64,000 nucleotides of DNA from a virus, in IMG/VR virus record IMGVR_UViG_3300022925_000006. The stretch is one strand, 5' to 3'. Position 1 is the stretch's first letter; each line of letters opens with the position of its first letter. A model generated the notes under the pieces. That model did not search any database. It worked only from the letters and a program-made list of their open reading frames with translations, and had not been told where the DNA came from. The translations under genes were made by a program, and so were the position numbers. Below, one piece after another: positions 36,111 through 44,175 of the stretch.

Positions 36111-36772
36111 TGAAGTTAATTACAGAATTTACAGAAAACGAAACTCTACAATGTATAGTAGAGAAGAAAGAGAATGGCGAGAAAAGTTACGTCATCGAAG
36201 GCGTTTTCGCACAGGCAGACAAAAAGAATAGAAACGGACGTGTTTACCCCAAGGCCATTATGGAGAATGCGGTAAACAAATACGTAACAGAACAAGTATC
36301 TAAGAAACGGGCAGTAGGGGAACTAAACCATCCCGAAGGGCCGACAGTTAACTTAGACAAAGTTTCACATCTCATCACAGACCTCAGATTTGAGGGAAAT
36401 GATGTGGTTGGAAAGGCACAAATATTGGAAACTCCAATGGGTAAGATTGTAAAAGGTCTCCTTGATGGTGGTGTCCAACTAGGAGTGTCAACTCGTGGTA
36501 TGGGTAGTCTTGAGCAGAGAAACGGCGCAATGGTCGTCAAAGACGACTTTATTCTTAGTACGATTGACATCGTACAAGACCCTAGCGCACCTGAAGCTTT
36601 CGTTAATGGTATAATGGAAGGTGTAGACTGGGTTTGGAATAACGGTGTTTTAACGCCTCAAGTAATTGAAAAAATGGAGACTGAAATTAAACACGCTCCG
36701 AAAACTGTCTTATATGAGACAAGTGTTCGAGAGTTCAAGAATTTCCTCTCGTTAATTAAATCTAATATGTAA
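36110..36772 (+). CDS. gp21: Prohead protease gp21
   Basis: NRNGRVY, GELNHP, GVSTRGMGS and DPSAPEA. Confidence 0.95.
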   Translation: MKLITEFTENETLQCIVEKKENGEKSYVIEGVFAQADKKNRNGRVYPKAIMENAVNKYVTEQVSKKRAVGELNHPEGPTVNLDKVSHLITDLRFEGNDVVGKAQILETPMGKIVKGLLDGGVQLGVSTRGMGSLEQRNGAMVVKDDFILSTIDIVQDPSAPEAFVNGIMEGVDWVWNNGVLTPQVIEKMETEIKHAPKTVLYETSVREFKNFLSLIKSNM

Positions 36773-36782
36773 GGAGTCAATT

Positions 36783-37835
36783 ATGACTGAAGAAAGTAAA
36801 GTCGAAGTTGAACTTCACGATGAAGACATTAACGACATTGTGGAAGAAACTCTCGAAGAAGGAAGCGCTCCTGCTCCTAAAGGGAAACCTGATACAAATG
36901 CAACTGACGAAGAAGAGTCAATCGCATCTGTAGATAAAGCAGCAGACGCAACCAAAGCAAAACAAGCTCCTGCACCGAAAACAAAAGCGGGCATGATTAA
37001 TGCAATGAGCATGAAGTTACACGCTATGAAAAAAGCAGACCTTCAAGCCTCATACGGCAAGATGATGGGCGAAGAAGTTGAAGTAGACGATGCAATCGTG
37101 GAAACACAGATTGATACCTCTGCTGAACTGGACGCATTAGTCGAGTCTGAAGCTACTCTCAGTGATGAGTTTAAAGCTAAAACCGCAGTAATTTTCGAAG
37201 CAGCTGTAAAATCAAAACTATCAGAAGAAGTTGATAGAATTGAAGCGCAGTACAAGGAAGAGTTGGCAGAAGAAATTTCTTCTACTAAATCAGAACTTGT
37301 AGAGAAAGTAGACAGCTACCTGAACTACGTAGTTGAAACTTGGATGGAAGAAAATCAAGTTGCAATCCAGAGCGGTCTCCGCACTGAAATTGCCGAGACT
37401 TTCATGGACAAAATGAAAGACCTGTTTACAGAGTCTTACATTGAAGTACCTGAATCCAAGGTTGACCTAGTTGACGAACTGGCTGAGTCAGTAGAAGAAC
37501 TTGAGACTCGTCTCAACGAAACTACTCAGAAAGTTATTGACACTACAGAGGAACTGGAAGTATACAAACGTGAAACGATTATTCGTGAAGCGACACGTGA
37601 ACTTGCAGAAACTCAAGTTGAAAAATTGAAATCACTCGTTGATGGTTTGGATTTTGATGACGAAGAATCTTTCGCATCTAAAGTAAAAACTGTAAAAGAG
37701 TCGTATTTCTCAAAAGAAATCACTGATAAGGGTGAAGTAGAACAAATCATTGAAGACGCTGATGAAACATCTGAAGTATCTTCTGTGATGGAATCCTATC
37801 TAGCAACTATCAGAAAAACAGCATCTAAATCATAA
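36783..37835 (+). CDS. gp22: Prohead scaffold gp22
   Basis: FKAKTAVIFEAAV and KVDSYLNYVVETW; acidic coiled coil. Confidence 0.92.
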   Translation: MTEESKVEVELHDEDINDIVEETLEEGSAPAPKGKPDTNATDEEESIASVDKAADATKAKQAPAPKTKAGMINAMSMKLHAMKKADLQASYGKMMGEEVEVDDAIVETQIDTSAELDALVESEATLSDEFKAKTAVIFEAAVKSKLSEEVDRIEAQYKEELAEEISSTKSELVEKVDSYLNYVVETWMEENQVAIQSGLRTEIAETFMDKMKDLFTESYIEVPESKVDLVDELAESVEELETRLNETTQKVIDTTEELEVYKRETIIREATRELAETQVEKLKSLVDGLDFDDEESFASKVKTVKESYFSKEITDKGEVEQIIEDADETSEVSSVMESYLATIRKTASKS

Positions 37836-37847
37836 GGAAAAATTAAA

Positions 37848-39161
37848 ATGCAATCTTACGACACATTAATCGAAAAGTGGGCTCCAGTTCTTAACGAAGA
37901 GTCTGCTGGCGTGATTGGCGATAATCACCGCCGTGCAGTTACCGCTGCAATCTTAGAAAACCAAGAAAGAGCAATGATGGACGACCGTCAGGCTTCTCAT
38001 GGTTTTATGACCGAAAACGCTGCTGCTGGTGCTAATAACACTGGTTCAGTAAATAACTTTGACCCAGTACTAATCTCATTAGTACGCCGTGCAATGCCTA
38101 ACCTCATCGCTTATGATGTGTGTGGTGTTCAACCTATGAATGGCCCAACTGGTCTCATCTTTGCGATGAAATCACGTTACCAAGGTGGCGCTACTGCAAA
38201 TCGTGAAGCACTATTCAACGAAGCTGAAACTCAGTTCTCTGGTGATAGTTCTGGTACTCACGACAGTGACAACGCTTCTGGTTGGAATGGTGTTGACAGT
38301 GAAGGCGCTCGTTTGACTGACCTTGCTGCTGGCGGAATGCCAACTGCGGACGCTGAAGCACTTGGTCGTGTTGGTGGTTCATCTTTCAACGAAATGGGTT
38401 TCACCATTGAAAGACAGACTGTAACTGCTAAGTCACGTGCTCTTAAAGCTGAGTACACTTTAGAACTTGCACAAGACCTTAAAGCGATTCATGGTCTTGA
38501 CGCAGAAACAGAATTGGCTAACATCCTCTCTACTGAAATCCTTGCGGAAATCAACCGAGAAGTTATCCGTACTGTTAACAGCCAAGCGAAAACTGGTGCT
38601 CAACAAGCTAACGTTACTGCAAAAGGTATCTTTAACTTGTCTTCTGACGCTGATGGTCGTTGGTCTGCTGAGAAGTTCAAAGGTCTAACTGTACAGATTG
38701 ACCGTGAAGCAAACGTAATTGCAAAAGAAACAAGACGTGGAAAAGGTAACGTAGTTATCTGTTCTTCAGATGTTGCTACTGCACTTGCTGCTGCTGGTTC
38801 TTTGGACTACTCACCTGCAATCAGCAACAACCTTCAGGTTGATGACACTGGTAATACTTTTGCTGGTGTATTAAACGGACGTATCCGTGTATACATCGAC
38901 CCTTATGCTAGCACTGATTATATCACTGTTGGTTATAAAGGTACTAACCCGTATGACAGTGGTGTATTCTACTGCCCATACGTACCGTTGCAAATGGTTA
39001 AAGCAGTTGGTGAAGATGACTTCCAACCACGTATCGGGTTTAAAACTCGTTACGGTATGGCTTCAAACCCATTCGTTGGTGCTACACCTTCTGACGGTCT
39101 TGCTGCTGCAAAGACTAACCAGTACTACAGAATCTTCAAGGTTACTAATATCTTGACTTAA
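37848..39161 (+). CDS. gp23: Major capsid protein gp23
   Basis: LVRRAMPNLIAYDVCGVQPM, AKSRALKAEYTLELAQDLKAIHG and FQPRIGFKTRYG. Confidence 0.98.
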   Translation: MQSYDTLIEKWAPVLNEESAGVIGDNHRRAVTAAILENQERAMMDDRQASHGFMTENAAAGANNTGSVNNFDPVLISLVRRAMPNLIAYDVCGVQPMNGPTGLIFAMKSRYQGGATANREALFNEAETQFSGDSSGTHDSDNASGWNGVDSEGARLTDLAAGGMPTADAEALGRVGGSSFNEMGFTIERQTVTAKSRALKAEYTLELAQDLKAIHGLDAETELANILSTEILAEINREVIRTVNSQAKTGAQQANVTAKGIFNLSSDADGRWSAEKFKGLTVQIDREANVIAKETRRGKGNVVICSSDVATALAAAGSLDYSPAISNNLQVDDTGNTFAGVLNGRIRVYIDPYASTDYITVGYKGTNPYDSGVFYCPYVPLQMVKAVGEDDFQPRIGFKTRYGMASNPFVGATPSDGLAAAKTNQYYRIFKVTNILT

Positions 39162-39220
39162 TCTGTAATAAGAAGAGTGATTGGATTGGGAGCGCCCAGT
39201 CGTTAAATCACCGTTCTTTA

Positions 39221-39249
39221 AGGGAGACTTTCGGGTCTCCCTTTTTTTT
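39221..39249 (+). terminator. Rho-independent terminator of the head operon
   Basis: AGGGAGAC-tttcgg-GTCTCCCT followed by a T-run. Confidence 0.9.
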
Positions 39250-39254
39250 GGCAT

Positions 39255-39277
39255 AAAAAACCCCACCGAAGTGGGGT
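39255..39277 (-). terminator. Rho-independent terminator for the minus-strand tRNA island
   Basis: Minus strand CCCCAC-TTCG-GTGGGG-TTTTTT (cUUCGg loop), back-to-back with the gp23 terminator. Confidence 0.9.
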
Positions 39278-39287
39278 AAAGGAAAGT

Positions 39288-39362
39288 TGGAGCGGAGAGA
39301 TAGAATTGCACTACCACTTCTAGGTTGGAAACCTAATGTTCTACTCTTTGAACTATCTCCGC
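39288..39362 (-). tRNA. tRNA-Gly (anticodon UCC), CCA encoded, atypical D- and T-loops
   Basis: GCGGAGA TA GTTC AAAGAGTA GAAC A TTAGG TTTCCAA CCTAG AAGT GGTAG TGCAATT CTATC TCTCCGC T CCA; full cloverleaf with U73 discriminator. Confidence 0.92.
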
Positions 39363-39373
39363 ATTGTTTGTAT

Positions 39374-39402
39374 ATAGTACCACACTATACAGTTAAAGTC
39401 AA
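39374..39402 (-). promoter_or_regulatory. sigma70-type promoter for tRNA-Gly
   Basis: Minus strand TTGACT-17 nt-TACTAT with TGn extension; -10 ends 12 nt before the tRNA 5' end. Confidence 0.75.
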
Positions 39403-40373
39403 GCCACTTTTACCAATTCTTTTACATTTTCTGTTTCCCTATTTTGCGGTAGGAATCCAAGAACACGTAAAGGAAAAACTTTCAGTCCACAATGTTCCAA
39501 CGCAGCCTTGTGTTGATTCAGTTGTTCTATGAATTTCTTTCTTTTTAGTTCAAGTGGCAACTTTGCAGTTGGCGCTTTCACATGTCCAATTAAGTCAGTA
39601 TACTTCCCTGTTTCCATGTAACGTTGAACAGCTTGCATGATAACACGATACTGATAACCTTCACCAATACACACACCGTATGTATCACTATCTTCATTAT
39701 ATTCACCACCAACGACATGTTCAGTCGATGCGTGATTTTCAACCCACTCTTGTACTCTTACGGGTGAGGGAAATAATCTGTAAGGTTGTGGGGTTCCAAC
39801 TTCTTCCATAACCATATTCAGTACACGACCCTTACATGATGCATCACGAGTTCTACCGTAAATACGTGTGAACTCTTTACGAATAGCATCTTCGGTGTTA
39901 GGGATACGTCCGTCAGATACCTTACGACTAAGGTGATGTCGCATATCCACTTCCTTGTTGAGATGTTTGGGATAACCCTCATTCTCTCGTGCTTGTACAT
40001 CTTCCATCTGTGATGGTGTACCAACAAGTAGTGTGAATATCCAGTCCTTTTGTCCTAAGGCACGGATTGCGTCACTACGTCCATATCCATAGACTAGGAC
40101 ATAACGTTTCGCATGGCCATCACCACGGTCATATACAGCTGGGGGGAACTCTGCCGTATCAACACCGTTTGCGAATGACAAACGAAGTTGTTCAAGTTCT
40201 TGTGCTGTGTGGGTTTCTACTTTTTGGTTATTACCCCCTTCATCATCGATATGAATATTATCGAAAGATATCTTGAGGTTTTTTACTGAAGTTACACCAA
40301 GGTCGGTGTAGTTGGGTAACGCAATTGCGTCAGGGTTTGATGCAGAATAATCTGCGAGTGCTATAATAGCCAT
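39399..40373 (-). CDS. Hypothetical protein with ParB/Srx-like N-terminal region
   Basis: FPPAVY...YVLVYGYGRSDAIRALG resembles the ParB-N P.xV...Y.lv.G..R..A...LG pattern; AGGAG SD. Confidence 0.5.
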   Translation of the reverse strand: MAIIALADYSASNPDAIALPNYTDLGVTSVKNLKISFDNIHIDDEGGNNQKVETHTAQELEQLRLSFANGVDTAEFPPAVYDRGDGHAKRYVLVYGYGRSDAIRALGQKDWIFTLLVGTPSQMEDVQARENEGYPKHLNKEVDMRHHLSRKVSDGRIPNTEDAIRKEFTRIYGRTRDASCKGRVLNMVMEEVGTPQPYRLFPSPVRVQEWVENHASTEHVVGGEYNEDSDTYGVCIGEGYQYRVIMQAVQRYMETGKYTDLIGHVKAPTAKLPLELKRKKFIEQLNQHKAALEHCGLKVFPLRVLGFLPQNRETENVKELVKVA

Positions 40374-40454
40374 AGTTTTCTCCTATTGGATTAAAGTTAA
40401 GTGAAGTAGAATGCCAAAGAGGTTTCCTAAAACACAATAATATATATAAGACTT

Positions 40455-41594
40455 TTATCTTATAATATCAATATCGTCTGCGTTTGTATTCCAAGTCTCT
40501 ATAACAGAACGCAAACGTCCATCTGCTTTTAGAGTTTCGTATCGATTGGTCGCCTTCTTACGCCACCAATCTGTCACACCCTCAAGACTGAACCTATCAA
40601 AGTTATCTGCTTTGACAATGGTATCCGACTCAAGGTTGAGATACTTCTTCACACTCTCACGGTCAAATCCCATGCAAGAGTAATATGAATTCTTTTGTTG
40701 TGTTAGTCCCTTCGCATCAATAAAGGTTTGACAGAACTTGTCGTATGCATTTACGTCATATTCCTTTAGAGAGTTTTTGATGATAGACACCATCTTCTGT
40801 TGTGTCTTCAACTTACGAGATGATGCATCCTTTGGTACAAGAGACTCACCGTTGTTACGTTTAATAAACCAGTCACTCAATGTACGATAGTTGTTGTCAT
40901 TGATAAGTGGTGCAAAATTAGAGTCTGTCTGGCCATTACCAATCAATAGTGGTTTCATACCAGAGTACATAGACACACCACCCTTGGCATTACCGTACAG
41001 GGACGTGGTCTCGAACATACAGATGTTTGAGTCATACTTCTTATTGAGTGCGTCACGTACCGTATGAGAGGTACATATAGAGGCGAGTAACTTACCACCA
41101 AGGTAGTTGAACCCGAATGGTTGCACAGGTACGATATTGAATCCCATGATACAGGACTCATTGAATCGTTTCATAACCTCTGCATTCATAGTATCAAGAG
41201 GTTTACCCAACCACTCATTACGTGGTCGGCTATTAATAGTGGGTGACCCGAATCGAATCATACCAATGACCATACCCGTGTTCTTCTCACGTACTACCCA
41301 GTTCATCATCTTGCCAGGAATTGACGCTTCTACAGGTGCGGATGTGGTGATATCCATATAGGACATGAATTGGTCACGTTTCGCCTCTGCGATAGTGAAC
41401 TCCATATCTTGGGGGTGCATATCGAAGTTGTTGAACAGGTCTTCCTCTGGGCCCATGCCAGGCAGAGTGAACGGCATAGAGTCCATCCGTTCCAATTTAA
41501 TCTGTCGCATATAGTCATCGATACGGTCAAAGTTCGCAAAGAACTCCGTAAAGACGTTTGCAGCATATTCTGCATCTGTTTTCGATAGAATCAT
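40455..41594 (-). CDS. DUF4338/DruA-like protein (GNAT/Mom-related)
   Basis: IGMIRFGSP..NSRPRNEWLG, PFGFNYLGGKLLA and FETTSLYG motifs. Confidence 0.65.
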   Translation of the reverse strand: MILSKTDAEYAANVFTEFFANFDRIDDYMRQIKLERMDSMPFTLPGMGPEEDLFNNFDMHPQDMEFTIAEAKRDQFMSYMDITTSAPVEASIPGKMMNWVVREKNTGMVIGMIRFGSPTINSRPRNEWLGKPLDTMNAEVMKRFNESCIMGFNIVPVQPFGFNYLGGKLLASICTSHTVRDALNKKYDSNICMFETTSLYGNAKGGVSMYSGMKPLLIGNGQTDSNFAPLINDNNYRTLSDWFIKRNNGESLVPKDASSRKLKTQQKMVSIIKNSLKEYDVNAYDKFCQTFIDAKGLTQQKNSYYSCMGFDRESVKKYLNLESDTIVKADNFDRFSLEGVTDWWRKKATNRYETLKADGRLRSVIETWNTNADDIDIIR

Positions 41595-41618
41595 GTATAT
41601 CTCTCAGTTATGTGTACC

Positions 41619-41647
41619 ACTATACAGTATATAGCAAATAATGTCAA
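41619..41647 (-). promoter_or_regulatory. sigma70-type promoter for the minus-strand island
   Basis: TTGACA-17 nt-TATAGT on the minus strand, upstream of the 41594 start. Confidence 0.75.
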
Positions 41648-41672
41648 GGGTTAATTTAATTAAAAAAAAGTG

Positions 41673-41701
41673 TTGCCAAAGGTTGCTGTTGTTGTTATAA
41701 T
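41673..41701 (+). promoter_or_regulatory. Early sigma70-type promoter with A-tract UP element
   Basis: TTGCCA-17 nt-TATAAT preceded by an A-tract. Confidence 0.75.
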
Positions 41702-41731
41702 AAGTACATAAACTAAAGAAAGGAAAGAAAT

Positions 41732-42022
41732 ATGACACCATTTACTAAAGAAGACTTCACTTGGGACGGTATGTATCTCATGTATAGGGGTAAACATACT
41801 AAGAGTGTGAACATGGAGGTCGCAAGACCAAACTGTCATCCATCTTGGGTTGGTCTACCAAAACCAGAGTTCATCGCAAGGTTCAAGTATGGTTACAAAC
41901 CTTGGAAGGCATGGGTTAACTTCCTTGTGAAGAATGTTACTGTTGAACAGTACCTTGCATTGTCTGAAGAGATTCATCCCGCTCCTGCAATGAAAGCCCT
42001 TGGTTATAGAGGTAAGTGTTAA
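41732..42022 (+). CDS. Hypothetical early protein
   Basis: 96 aa, strong AAGGA SD, downstream of an early promoter. Confidence 0.7.
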   Translation: MTPFTKEDFTWDGMYLMYRGKHTKSVNMEVARPNCHPSWVGLPKPEFIARFKYGYKPWKAWVNFLVKNVTVEQYLALSEEIHPAPAMKALGYRGKC

Positions 42023-42216
42023 TGGAATATTTACAAGAGATTACTGATTGGGGAGAACACAATGTCCCCAATCACACATACATTGTGAACCAAGCGGGAC
42101 AACTTGCTGGTTATATTAAGGTAGGCACTACTGAAGAAATCATGTTTAAGAAGCCCATGAAACAGTGGTCAAAGGCACGAAGAAAGTTTAAAAAACTTGT
42201 TGCCAAAACTAGTTAA
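42022..42216 (+). CDS. Hypothetical early protein
   Basis: LQEITDW...PNHTYI...RRKFKKL; ATG coupled to the upstream stop. Confidence 0.7.
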   Translation: MEYLQEITDWGEHNVPNHTYIVNQAGQLAGYIKVGTTEEIMFKKPMKQWSKARRKFKKLVAKTS

Positions 42217-42228
42217 ATATAGTATAAT
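42200..42228 (+). promoter_or_regulatory. Early sigma70-type promoter
   Basis: TTGCCA-17 nt-TATAAT with the same tgttgccaaa context as the 41673 promoter. Confidence 0.75.
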
Positions 42229-42261
42229 ACTTGTATTGATAATGAGAAAAGGAAATAAATT

Positions 42262-42780
42262 ATGAAGATTGTAATCCAAACCCAAATCCTTGAAAACTAT
42301 GCCGCTCATGATGAGAACTATTCTCATGGGGTTGATGAGGCATACTGGAAGGCCAAAGGTGGTAACACCTACGTGGTCGAGGGTGTATCTATTGAGGACG
42401 CACAGTCCGAAGGTTACTACGATACAATCTTCGATTTAATCACGGAGAACAACCCGTCATTCCAAGAGTACATCTTGGGTTCCGACCTGATTGATGATGC
42501 AGACTTTGTTGAGTCTGACCACAAACAACCGTGGGAATCAATCACCTATATCACCCAAGAGGGTGAACAGTTCCGTGCAACCAAGGCCTTGGAGAACGGT
42601 GAGTATGGTTACATGAGAAAGGAAATCGCAAAGACCGTTGAGACCTATATAATGAAAGATAGGGACTTTGATGGTGCGAATTCGTTCTTCGAGAACGGAA
42701 CATTCCGTAAACAGTTTCATCTTGTTGATGGTACTGTTTGTCAAAACCAAAGTGAATTTTTAAATGTGATAGGAGCATAA
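42262..42780 (+). CDS. Hypothetical early protein
   Basis: MKIVIQTQILENYAAH...YWKAKGG; AAGGA SD. Confidence 0.7.
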   Translation: MKIVIQTQILENYAAHDENYSHGVDEAYWKAKGGNTYVVEGVSIEDAQSEGYYDTIFDLITENNPSFQEYILGSDLIDDADFVESDHKQPWESITYITQEGEQFRATKALENGEYGYMRKEIAKTVETYIMKDRDFDGANSFFENGTFRKQFHLVDGTVCQNQSEFLNVIGA

Positions 42781-42781
42781 T

Positions 42782-42982
42782 ATGAAAAAGGTATATGAAG
42801 TACGATTGGCCAATCAAGGTCGTGAGTGTTTGAAGTGGTATTCTTTTGATACCGCAAAAGAGGCAGTGAAGTTTGTTTTGAAACAACTGCACGAAGTTGG
42901 GTTTACTGTTGATGGTAAAACCTATGAAGAGAAGTTCGAGGAAATCGAATGGGTAGGAAAGGGGAGAATCGTCAATGTATGA
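42782..42982 (+). CDS. Hypothetical early protein
   Basis: 66 aa, AGGAG SD. Confidence 0.65.
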   Translation: MKKVYEVRLANQGRECLKWYSFDTAKEAVKFVLKQLHEVGFTVDGKTYEEKFEEIEWVGKGRIVNV

Positions 42983-43112
42983 TTATCATCGATTAATCGC
43001 AGCTGCCATGGTTGCACAACAACGTGGCACATCCGATTGGTGTAAAAAGTACTGGGGTGGTGTTATTGACCAACTCGTAAAAAATATGCATGAATCAGAA
43101 ACCGTTCATTAA
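42975..43112 (+). CDS. Small hypothetical protein (45 aa, not in the ORF track)
   Basis: MYDYHRLIAAAMVAQQRGTSDWCKKYWGGVIDQLVKNMHESETVH; GGAG SD; fills the gap before gp3. Confidence 0.6.
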   Translation: MYDYHRLIAAAMVAQQRGTSDWCKKYWGGVIDQLVKNMHESETVH

Positions 43113-43117
43113 ACTCT

Positions 43118-43125
43118 TATAAATA
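43118..43125 (+). promoter_or_regulatory. T4-type late promoter TATAAATA
   Basis: Exact consensus upstream of gp3. Confidence 0.85.
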
Positions 43126-43151
43126 GTAGTATAGACTATTAAGAGGACATT

Positions 43152-43679
43152 ATGGCAGTTAATTCAAAAGTTCAGATTCTAGATGAAGAACTGACAACCA
43201 ATTTAAACTATCTCCAACCTACGGGGTTTCGTGTTGTTATTGACAGAACGAGATACCCGAACTTGGAATATTTTTGTCAATCGGTGTCACATCCTGGCGC
43301 ACAGTTAACTCCACTAGAATTACCTGTACGTAGGATTACTTCCGTACCTTTGGCTGGTGATAAGATGACATTCTCGGAAGTGTCGTTTTCTATCATCCTT
43401 GATGAGAACATGACCTCCTATCGTGAGATGTATGACTGGATGGTTCGTATTACTAATGACGGTCAAGTGTCTGCATCTGAGAGAGATACCAAAGTCCCTA
43501 CATATGCTGACGTTACATTACATGTGTTGTCTAGTCACAATAACACAACACAGAAGATTAAGTATTTTGATTGTGTGCCTACTGGAGTTGGTTCTATTGA
43601 ATTCAATTCAACGCAAGGTGATACAACCTACGTTACCTTTGACGCAACATTTAGGTTCTCACAATTTACAATAGTTTGA
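43152..43679 (+). CDS. gp3: Tail tube terminator/completion protein gp3
   Basis: NYLQPTGF, YFCQSV.HPG, GDKMTF and LDENM..Y.EMYDW; precedes uvsY. Confidence 0.85.
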   Translation: MAVNSKVQILDEELTTNLNYLQPTGFRVVIDRTRYPNLEYFCQSVSHPGAQLTPLELPVRRITSVPLAGDKMTFSEVSFSIILDENMTSYREMYDWMVRITNDGQVSASERDTKVPTYADVTLHVLSSHNNTTQKIKYFDCVPTGVGSIEFNSTQGDTTYVTFDATFRFSQFTIV

Positions 43680-43705
43680 CATTAACCCTTTAGTTATGGT
43701 ATAAT
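43676..43705 (+). promoter_or_regulatory. sigma70-type promoter for uvsY-uvsW
   Basis: TTGACA-18 nt-TATAAT with TGn extension. Confidence 0.7.
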
Positions 43706-43710
43706 ACATT

Positions 43711-44160
43711 ATGATTGACTTAGAAAGCATCCTTGCGGAGTGGAAAGAAGACTCCCAAATATCACCACATCAACTTGATGAAACCTCACGTGTGACGCCT
43801 GCGTTACACTCAAAGTATCTTGAGTATCTGTCACTGACTAAACTTCGTCTGAAGAAGTCGGAGTTTAAACAGAAGGAACTACTCAAGGACAAGTATCTTT
43901 ACTACGAAGGAAAGATGTCTAGAGAGGAAATTGAATCTCGTGGTTGGGCATATGACCCGTATGATGGCCTCAATGCAACAACCAAAAACTTTAAGGAGTA
44001 CTACTACGACTCCGATAAAGAGATTCAGGATTCTGAGATGAGAATCCAATACCTCAAAACAACTGTTGAAACTCTCACTGAAATTGTATCTAATCTTAAC
44101 TGGAGACACCAGACGATTGGTAACATGATTCGATGGAGAAGTTTCGAAGCAGGTATGTAA
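43711..44160 (+). CDS. uvsY: Recombination mediator UvsY
   Basis: W.EDS.I...LHSKYL...YYEGK...I.NMIRWR.F; gp3-uvsY-uvsW gene order. Confidence 0.85.
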   Translation: MIDLESILAEWKEDSQISPHQLDETSRVTPALHSKYLEYLSLTKLRLKKSEFKQKELLKDKYLYYEGKMSREEIESRGWAYDPYDGLNATTKNFKEYYYDSDKEIQDSEMRIQYLKTTVETLTEIVSNLNWRHQTIGNMIRWRSFEAGM

Positions 44161-44175
44161 GGCATATATAGATGC

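Noticed and set aside
39287-39532. 81-aa plus-strand ORF
   Set aside because: It overlaps the tRNA-Gly and its promoter on the opposite strand and lies beyond the gp23 terminator.
40455-41594. Calling a complete Druantia defence system
   Set aside because: Only a DruA/DUF4338-like gene is present; there is no DruE helicase or other partner.
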